This document shows positions 56,067 through 64,000 of a stretch of DNA of 64,000 nucleotides, piece after piece. The stretch is from the NCBI GenBank assembly GCA_963727895.1, contig CAVSHT010000009.1, forward strand, positions 224,001 through 288,000. Direction: 5' to 3'. The position numbers and the translations under genes were made by a program. The notes under the pieces were generated by a model that worked only from the letters and a program-made list of their open reading frames with translations, had not been told where the DNA came from and ran no database searches. The DNA is from an uncultured Methanosarcinaceae archaeon (lineage in GTDB: Archaea; Halobacteriota; Methanosarcinia; Methanosarcinales; Methanosarcinaceae). Position 1 is the first letter of the stretch. The number at the start of each line of letters is the position of its first letter.

Positions 56067-56781
56067 GTTTTAGGGGTAAGTCATGTTTCTGTCCAAAAAT
56101 GGATAAAGAAATTTGGTCAGGAGTTAGAGAACCTAAAAAGTGAAAGTGAGATATCTATTGTTGAAATGGATGAAATGCACACTTACATCGGTAACAAAAA
56201 AAATATTGCTGGATCTAGATTGCTGTTGATAGAGTTGGGAAAAAGTTCATCAACTGCTCTTTTGGCAGCAGAGGAACGGAAACTGGAAAACTGCTCTGGG
56301 AAAAAGTGAAGAAAAAAGAGATTGGAGAAGTGATGACAGATCACTGGAGAGCATATGCAGAGTTTCGTCCAGAAAAGATCCATACTCAATCAAAAGCAGA
56401 AACGTATACTGTTGAAGGATATAACAGCATATTGAGGCACTTTTTGGCAAGGTTGAGAAGAAATACAAAGTGTTATACGAAAAGTATTGAAATGCTAAAG
56501 TACTCGGTTATTCTATTGATGAAATACAAAAATAAAGAGTTAATTATGTTTAGTTAACAATACCGATAATTATTCAGAATAGTAAGAAAGATCCCGAAGG
56601 TGCTGTATCTACTGTATCCCCCAATACAGTCTCTTCGAAATATTATGCTTCCCCAAACATACTAATTCGAAGAAGGATCAGCGACCTCCAAGAGATTCTT
56701 TTATTTCGGTGGTATCCCGTGATACCCTACTTTACTTATTTCCCAACTCCAGCATATACTAAAAACGTAAATTATTTTAAA

Positions 56782-56919
56782 ATAATTGTATCAAAAATTG
56801 TTTTCAATTTAAAATTTTAATATTATATATTTAGTTTATTATATTATATATTATAACGGCGTTAAAATATAATATGTTATATTATATTTTGTTTCAAAAC
56901 AATTTTTGATACCAATTAT
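56782..56919. repeat. about 138-bp AT-rich imperfect palindrome followed by (AT)n
   Basis: ataattgtatcaaaaattgttttcaa / ttcaaaacaatttttgataccaattat arms, centre aacggcgtt. Confidence 0.8.
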
Positions 56920-57331
56920 GATATATATATATATATATTCGTGATATTATAAAATTGAAGATTAAGAGTAATAGGGTTTCCTCTTAATCTTTGGGTTGGA
57001 TCACATGTAGGGATTTGAGAATAGGGACTCAAAACTCTACCATCTACTTCTAGAGACTATCCGAAGAGTCTAGGATTCATGTTGAAAAGTCACCAGGTTT
57101 ATTATAATAAGATCTACTCTTTTAAACTTATCAGAGTTGAAACGAATGACAAAATCAATTGGTTTTTTAGTCAATCAGTCTTTTGTTTTAAAGAAAAGTA
57201 ATTGCTTGGAAGGCTGTAATGAATTAAACTATACTATAAAATTTGAGATAATCCACAATACAATTATGAGATACTACTGAGGCAAAAAAATAGACAACTT
57301 TAACATATAAGAGCATTTAGCATTTGACAAT

Positions 57332-57462
57332 GAGCCCATCCCAAAATTCACTTTGCTCTCATATCAATAAGAGTTTTAAAACTATTTTTCATGATCATGA
57401 ACTTGATTGATGATTACAAATTCCAGCATCAGATAAGTAATTTTGAGTTTTGGGATCGGCTC
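57332..57462. mobile_element. MITE family B
   Basis: TIR gagcccatcccaaaa / ttttgggatcggctc. Confidence 0.82.
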
Positions 57463-57504
57463 TATAATTAATATCCTGATATTTTTACAACGGAATTCTT
57501 TTAA

Positions 57505-57987
57505 TTACATATTGATAACCCACAAATAATAATTAAGGAGAGATGCAAAACTGACCCATAATAAATATGGAACTAACAGGTAAGAAGCTATTTTTGAGAT
57601 TTTTCTAAACTGAAGTATTGTCAAAAGGATAGCAATCCAAAGGAAAACGGTTTCAATAAAAGCATAGTAAGGAGACCTTAAAGCAAAAAACAGATAAGAC
57701 CAAAGGGAGTTAAGGAATAACTGAGCCCCAAAAATAACTAATGCAATTTTTACGTCTTTATTTTTCAATCCTTTTTCCCAAACAATGTATAATGAGATAC
57801 CCATAAGTGTATACAGCAATGTCCAGACCGGAAAAAATACCCAAGAAGGAGGATTAAAAACTGGTTTTTCAAGTAGAAAATACCAATCTTTAAGAGAGGA
57901 AGCCGTAAACACTGAACCAACTGAACCTGCAAGCTGGCAGAAAAATACAGAAATTAGAAGTTTGAAGTAATTTATTTTTGGGTGCAT
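57505..57987 (-). CDS. tspO: TspO/MBR tryptophan-rich sensory protein
   Basis: WY..LEKP.FNPPSWVF.PVWT.LY, LN.LWS.LFF, LLVPYLLWVSFA. Confidence 0.95.
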   Translation of the reverse strand: MHPKINYFKLLISVFFCQLAGSVGSVFTASSLKDWYFLLEKPVFNPPSWVFFPVWTLLYTLMGISLYIVWEKGLKNKDVKIALVIFGAQLFLNSLWSYLFFALRSPYYAFIETVFLWIAILLTILQFRKISKIASYLLVPYLLWVSFASLLNYYLWVINM

Positions 57988-58089
57988 GGATATTATTTAT
58001 GCTCTATAATCCTATAATAGTAACCTTTTGTGAAATCTTTTCTTAACTGGGGTTATTGGATTCAATCACAAATGGTTTCTTTAGATAAA

Positions 58090-58219
58090 GAGCCTGTCCC
58101 AAAACTCATTTTGACCATACTCTTTGATGGTTTTTAGAATTTATTTTCGTATCCGAAACTCAATTGAATATTTCAAATTAGAGATCCATAGAAACAATTT
58201 TGAGTTTTGGGATAAACTC
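58090..58219. mobile_element. MITE family B
   Basis: gagcctgtcccaaaactc ... gagttttgggataaactc. Confidence 0.8.
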
Positions 58220-58297
58220 AGCATTGAATTAGCGTCCAAAATGTGCAAAATAATTTAAAATGATAACAGAAATGTAGTTAATTTGAGTTGACTATAA

Positions 58298-59429
58298 ATG
58301 CCTAAAATTGTCAAAAATAAAGATCAAATAAGTGCAACAGTATCCCCATATTTAAAAAAACGTTGCATAGAAATAGCTCAAGATCCAGAATTTACAAGTG
58401 TTTCTGATGTAGTTTCTCAAGCTTTGTCAGAATTTATTGCTAAATATGATGTAAGAAAGAATAGTGAAACAAAAAAACATGAAGATGATGCTGCAAAAAT
58501 ACTTATTTGGGCTCTTATGAAAACAAAAGAAGGACAAAATTTTATTGACTCATTTTATAAATCTAATCAAGAATTTTTCTATGAAACTGAAGAACCAGAT
58601 AACTCTAAAAACCCTAAGCTCCAAGAATTAGTTAAAATTATGGCATTGTTAATTAAACATAGTTAACTCTTTATTTCTGTATTTCATCAATAGAATAACC
58701 GAGTACTTTAGCATTTCAAGACTTTTTGTATAACACTTTGTCTTTCTTCTCAATCTTGCTAGAAAATGCCTCAATATGCTGTTATATCCCTCAACTGTAA
58801 ATGTTTCTGCTTTTGATTGAGTATGACTCTTTTCTGGAAGAAACTCTGCATATGCTCTCCAGTGATCTGTCATTACTTCTCCAATCTCTTTTTTCTTCAC
58901 TTTTTCCCAGAGTAGTTTTCCAGTTTCTGTTCCTCTGCTACCAAAAGAGCAGTTGATGAACTTTTTCCCAACTCTATCAACAGCAATCCAGATCCAGCAA
59001 TATTTTTTTTGTTACCGATGTAAGTGTGCATTTCATCCATTTCAACAATAGATATCTCATTTTCACTTTTTAGGTCCTCTAACTCCTGACCAAATTTCTT
59101 TATCCATCTTTGGACAGAAACATGACTCACCCCTAAAAATCGTCCTATTGAACGAAAGCCCAATCCTTCAAGATAGAGTTGTAAAGCCTGTCTTTTTACA
59201 AAAGCGGAAAAAGCAGTTGATTTTAGCTCTACTGTATAGTTATAGCCACAATCAGAGCATTTGTACCGTTGACGCCCGCCAACTATACCGTTCTTTTTGT
59301 GACTGGAACTATTGCATCTGGGGCAGTTCATGAAGAAATATACTTTCTAATAGTATATAACTATGTTTAAGTATCAAAGCCAAAATTATATGCAGCTCAT
59401 ATGATGAAAATTCTTCAACTAAATCATAA
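58298..59429 (+). pseudogene. ribbon-helix-helix (CopG-like) protein split by IS1
   Basis: QISATVSP...SVSDVVSQALSEF; removing IS1 and one AAAATTAT copy restores ...ELVKIICSSYDENSSTKS*. Confidence 0.75.
58642..59381 (-). mobile_element. IS1-family element, apparently intact, with 8-bp TSD
   Basis: insA 59331-58897 and insB overlap at the A8 slippery site; AAAATTAT at 58634-41 and 59382-89. Confidence 0.96.
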
Positions 59430-60188
59430 GTAATATTTGTGCTTTCAAATAATTTATTTAGAACCTCTGTTGGATTATAAATAGTTTATTTTCTTTTTTC
59501 AAATATCATACTTGTTGGAACTGAATAGTGTAACTCTAATGTAGATTTAAAAACTATATATTAAATGAGTTTGACAGTTTGATTTTTATGTTGAAAGATT
59601 GTTTTCATATCCGTTGGAATAATAAGTAATATTATTTCAACAAATTTTTGCCCATTTTTTACAATTCAATTTGACAGATGGTTCTCTTTCTCCTGATGGC
59701 TATTTTCATAATTTTTGATCAAATTTTTGGGATCGAATTTGACAGATAACATGAATTTTAGATGAAATATAGATACTTCCCAAAGATCAGGTGCCAAAAG
59801 TGCGAAAATTGGACAAAAATGTCTACTAATTTACTTTAGAGTGATTGTGAAGTTGGAAAACCAGAGGCAATTTGATGAAATTTATGAATACTGTCAATTG
59901 ATGTTTGACAAAAAAAATTGAAACTTCTCACTAAAGTCAATTTATACTGTCAAATGAAGGTATTAATAGTATGATCTCAATAAAAAATATTAAAATTTGA
60001 TTTTCTATTTAAACTCAACCTACACTTGCATAAGTCACGAAATGTGATTTGAGGCATCATAAAAGAACAAACTACAAAAACTGAATCACATCAGATTGCA
60101 AAATGAAAGATATGCTTATATAATCCGAGTAATTATTATTAATTACAGTAAATAAAAAAGGTACGGAACTGAACAAGAAAATTGAGAG

Positions 60189-60260
60189 AGCCGCCGGAGG
60201 GACTTGAACCCTCGACCTGCTGATTACGAATCAGCCGCTATACCGCTAAGCCACGACGGC
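60189..60260 (-). tRNA. tRNA-Thr(CGT)
   Basis: revcomp GCCGTCGTGGCTTAGCGGTATAGCGGCTGATTCGTAATCAGCAGGTCGAGGGTTCAAGTCCCTCCGGCGGCT cloverleaf. Confidence 0.97.
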
Positions 60261-60396
60261 AAATATACAAAAAAATAAGCAGACTTACAATAGCAATCAT
60301 GAATTTAATTATTTCGCTCGGGAGAAGCTGTTTGCTTTTGCAACGCTGGAAAAATCATAGGATCATTAAATAGAATCATTAAATTTGTGCTATCTT

Positions 60397-61407
60397 TTAA
60401 ACAATCCTAACTTCTATACAGATATTATACTGGTGAGGGGCATAAGAACGCACTACCCTTTTTTCCAGTACTTCAATTTTCCGTCCTGCTTTTTCCGCAG
60501 CTTCCCTTATAAGTTTGATAGAACTTTCAAATAAATTATCTTCAGGAGTCATTCCGTAATAATGGATTATTCCACCGGATTTTAACAGGAGAACTGCAGA
60601 ATCTAAAAACTCAAAAGCATTATGAGGCAAATTCATAATCACGTGGTCGGCAGTATCTGCAAACTTTCTTGCTTCTTCACGAGCATCGCCTTCTATTGCT
60701 TCAATATTTTTCACGGAATTGAGACTTATATTTTCCTTGAGATAATGAACAGCATCCGGGTTTTTATCGATTGCCAGGACTTTTGCAGGTTTTTTGCTTT
60801 TTGCAATCAAGATACTATATGGACCAACGCCTGCAAACATATCGACAACAGTATCCCCTTCCTTAATCCAGGAAAGAACCCTTGAGCGCTCTGTCGAAAG
60901 ACGAGGAGTAAAATAAGCTCGTGCAAGGTCGACTTTATAGCGGCAGCCATATTCTTTGTGAATAGTTTCAGTTCTGGGGTCCCCTGCAATGACCTCAAAT
61001 TCCCTGACCCGAAATTCACCAATAACATGGGTAAGAGGCTTGAGTACGGTTTTTATATTTTGTTGAGTTATGAGAAGTGCATCGGCAATTTTAGAAGCTT
61101 TCTGCTTATCAAGATAAGGATCTTCCAGAAGAGCAATATCTCCTATTACTTCATATGCAGGGCTAAAACCCAGTAAGTCTTCAGGAACAGGTTTTTTCTC
61201 CTGAAGAGCAAAATCAAACTCAATAAGCTCAAATTTTTCAGGAAACGTTTTCAATTCATCAGGATCAAGATCTTTTATAAGGGGAAGATAAAGAAATGTC
61301 TCATCTGAGCCTATTTTTACGGAATTGTCAAGAATTTCGAGCTGAAGAAGAATTCTTCTTACAGGCTCTCCTTTCTGTTTAGAGACTTTTATACACTGCC
61401 TATTCAT
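60397..61407 (-). CDS. trm5: tRNA (guanine37-N1) methyltransferase, Trm5 family
   Basis: YEVIGDIA, GEFRVR, HKEYGCR, YFTPRLSTER, DMFAGVGPY, IMNLP. Confidence 0.93.
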   Translation of the reverse strand: MNRQCIKVSKQKGEPVRRILLQLEILDNSVKIGSDETFLYLPLIKDLDPDELKTFPEKFELIEFDFALQEKKPVPEDLLGFSPAYEVIGDIALLEDPYLDKQKASKIADALLITQQNIKTVLKPLTHVIGEFRVREFEVIAGDPRTETIHKEYGCRYKVDLARAYFTPRLSTERSRVLSWIKEGDTVVDMFAGVGPYSILIAKSKKPAKVLAIDKNPDAVHYLKENISLNSVKNIEAIEGDAREEARKFADTADHVIMNLPHNAFEFLDSAVLLLKSGGIIHYYGMTPEDNLFESSIKLIREAAEKAGRKIEVLEKRVVRSYAPHQYNICIEVRIV

Positions 61408-61652
61408 GAAAACCGACCTCTTGGACTAAAGTTATCTTTCTATTAAAAAGCTATCTCAAAATACACTAGCTATTTGTTATGCTACTTACGAGAAATTTAT
61501 CTTAAACTGTTAATCGGATGATTTTCCCTGTCATTCATCATCTGCCTGCTTCCTGCTATTTACCAGGCTTTTATCCAGAGTCAGAGGCAAATTCACTTCT
61601 CAATTTTTGAGACTTGCTTATATTTTAATAATTTATCATCCAATAGTCAGGT

Positions 61653-62777
61653 ATGTTAATACTTGCAGCAGATATAGGAACAGGTACGCAGGATATTTTG
61701 CTCTTCAATTCAGAAAAAGAAGTGGAAAATAGTCTACTTATGATCATGCCTGCTCCCACTCAAATAATTGCGAAAAAGGTACGGAAAGCTACCAAAAAAG
61801 GAAAGGCAATAGTATTTACTGGAAACATAATGGGAGGAGGTCCCTCAACATTTGCGATAAGGACTCATTTAAAAGCAGGTTTTCCAGTATATGCTACTGA
61901 AAAAGCTGCTCTGACCATCAATGATAATATTGAGAAAGTAAAGGCTTTCGGGATTCGAATTGTCTCTGAAAAAGAAGCAAAAAAACTTGCATCTGAAGAA
62001 AATACACAGGAAATCGTGATGCAGGATTTCGATCCAGAATCAACTTCAGTTGCACTTTCTGCCTTTGAGGTTAAGATGCCGACAAATTATGCTATTGCAG
62101 TACAAGACCACGGAAATGCCCCTGAGAAGAGCAACAGAATCTATCGTTTTGAACTGCTTCGGGAACTTATTGAAAAAGGAGGAAGACTTGAAAACTTTGT
62201 ATACAGACCCGAAGAGATTCCTGAGGCGTTTACCCGAATGAAAGCACAGGCAGATTCTCTTCTCAAGACTGCCAGAGACCGGAAAACCAGAGCAGTTTTC
62301 ATGGACACAGGACCAGCAGCTATCTTTGGAACACTTACTGATCCTGCAGCTTTACAACCTGCTGTAGTAGTCAATATCGGAAACGGACATACTTTAGGAG
62401 CACTTGTGAATGAAAACAGGATCACAGCAATTTTTGAGCATCATACTTCCCTTATGAACCCTGAAAAACTTCAGGATTATGTAATAAAGCTTGCAGACGG
62501 AGAATTTGCTTTTGAAGAAGTTTTTGAAGATGGCGGACACGGTGTGTATATCAAAGAAGCTTTAGGATTTGAGCAGGTTAGATCTATAATAGTTACGGGC
62601 CCAAAAAGAGAAATGCTTGAAAAGCTTTCGAATTCAGGACTACTCAGACCGGAAATATCAAAAAAACTTCATTTTGCTGCACCTTTTGGGAGCATGATGC
62701 TCTCAGGCTGCTTTGGATTACTTGCAGGATTTTTAGAGAAATACCCCGAACCATCAATAAACCTTATAAACCACTAA
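61653..62777 (+). CDS. DUF1786-family (ASKHA fold) protein
   Basis: DIGTGTQDIL, MGGGP, AVQDHG, DTGPAA, NIGNGHT, FEHHT, DGGHG. Confidence 0.85.
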   Translation: MLILAADIGTGTQDILLFNSEKEVENSLLMIMPAPTQIIAKKVRKATKKGKAIVFTGNIMGGGPSTFAIRTHLKAGFPVYATEKAALTINDNIEKVKAFGIRIVSEKEAKKLASEENTQEIVMQDFDPESTSVALSAFEVKMPTNYAIAVQDHGNAPEKSNRIYRFELLRELIEKGGRLENFVYRPEEIPEAFTRMKAQADSLLKTARDRKTRAVFMDTGPAAIFGTLTDPAALQPAVVVNIGNGHTLGALVNENRITAIFEHHTSLMNPEKLQDYVIKLADGEFAFEEVFEDGGHGVYIKEALGFEQVRSIIVTGPKREMLEKLSNSGLLRPEISKKLHFAAPFGSMMLSGCFGLLAGFLEKYPEPSINLINH

Positions 62778-62993
62778 GTAGTAGGGAGTAAGTTGCTTAA
62801 GCCCGGAATATCTAAATTTTCATAGGGTTAGAAGCATGAGTTCAAAAACCCTATTAGAAGACCCGGAATGTAGAAGTTTCCTGCAAAAGCCCTAGCAGAG
62901 GCTTTTTACAGATAAATGTAAATAGAGGCAGGTATTTCTATATGCACATATCTCATACTGAATCGTTTGCTAAACAGTTTTGTGCAAACTTAA

Positions 62994-63593
<600 letters not shown>

Positions 63594-63626
63594 CCAGTTA
63601 ATCTGTTAACAAAAAGGAGTATAATT

Positions 63627-64000
63627 ATGTACGATTACGAAGAGCTTTTGAACCGTGCGATGGCAAAAATGCCTGACACCGAGACTACGGATGCTCGATT
63701 CGTAATCCCTGAGCCCAGAATTTTTTCCGAAGGTAAAGCCACAATTCTGGAAAACTTCGGAAATATTGCAGATATCCTTAACCGGGATCCTGACCACCTG
63801 ATGAAATATCTCACAAGGGAACTGGGGACTGCAGGGAAAATAGAAGGCACACGTGCAGTCTTCCAGGGAAGATTTACGAGAGCTCAGATTTCTGATAACA
63901 TTCAGGCTTATGTTGACGAATACGTTATGTGTTCTGAATGCGGACGTCCTGATACCCAGCTTGTCAGGGTGGATAGAGTGCTTGTCCTGAAATGTTCTGC
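63627..64000 (+). CDS. eif2b: translation initiation factor aIF-2 beta, runs off window
   Basis: manual translation [11 protein letters not shown]...RF.IP...[27 protein letters not shown]...[12 protein letters not shown]...LKC. Confidence 0.95.
   Translation, partial: MYDYEELLNRAMAKMPDTETTDARFVIPEPRIFSEGKATILENFGNIADILNRDPDHLMKYLTRELGTAGKIEGTRAVFQGRFTRAQISDNIQAYVDEYVMCSECGRPDTQLVRVDRVLVLKCS

Larger units (their letters stand above)
54536..56068 (-). mobile_element. IS110-family element, copy 2
   Basis: junctions ggacgattttagcatg and atgtgcgttttaggggtaag; near-identical to copy 1. Confidence 0.94.
54293..56564 (+). mobile_element. IS1-family element interrupted by IS110
   Basis: left end ggcattggtaaacaaaaatag, insA to ...SIGRF, IS110, then LGVSHVSV..., right end tagttaacaatacc. 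Confidence 0.95.

Noticed and set aside
52600..60189. Intact tRNA-Thr-integrated element with att repeats
   Set aside because: No duplicate of the tRNA 3' end and no integrase seen in this tract.
62780..62900. Possible ncRNA upstream of rpl10e (tagggtt/aacccta stem, cccggaat twice)
   Set aside because: Short stems only; no SRP or RNase P hallmarks recognisable.

Overview
AT-rich archaeal chromosome segment, most likely Methanosarcina (gene content and order: rps19e-PDCD5-rpl39e-rpl31e-eif6-rpl18a-pfdA-ftsY, frhADGB, cofD, pscS plus cysS, csl4-rpoL, trm5, rpl10e, aIF2-beta). Conserved housekeeping blocks alternate with decaying accessory regions (about 10-29 kb and 52.6-60.2 kb). These hold five IS1-family copies, two IS110-family copies, at least three MITE families, an integrase remnant and about ten frameshifted or nonsense pseudogenes. 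Three tRNAs are present: Pro-TGG, Gly-CCC and Thr-CGT. The most striking signal is that both IS110 elements sit at the same position in two different IS1 variants. Their 5' non-coding end folds into two loops whose sequences match the IS1 target site and the IS110 end-to-end junction. This is a candidate archaeal bridge-RNA-guided recombinase that parasitises another transposon. All product names come from motif and family recognition by eye, not from database searches.
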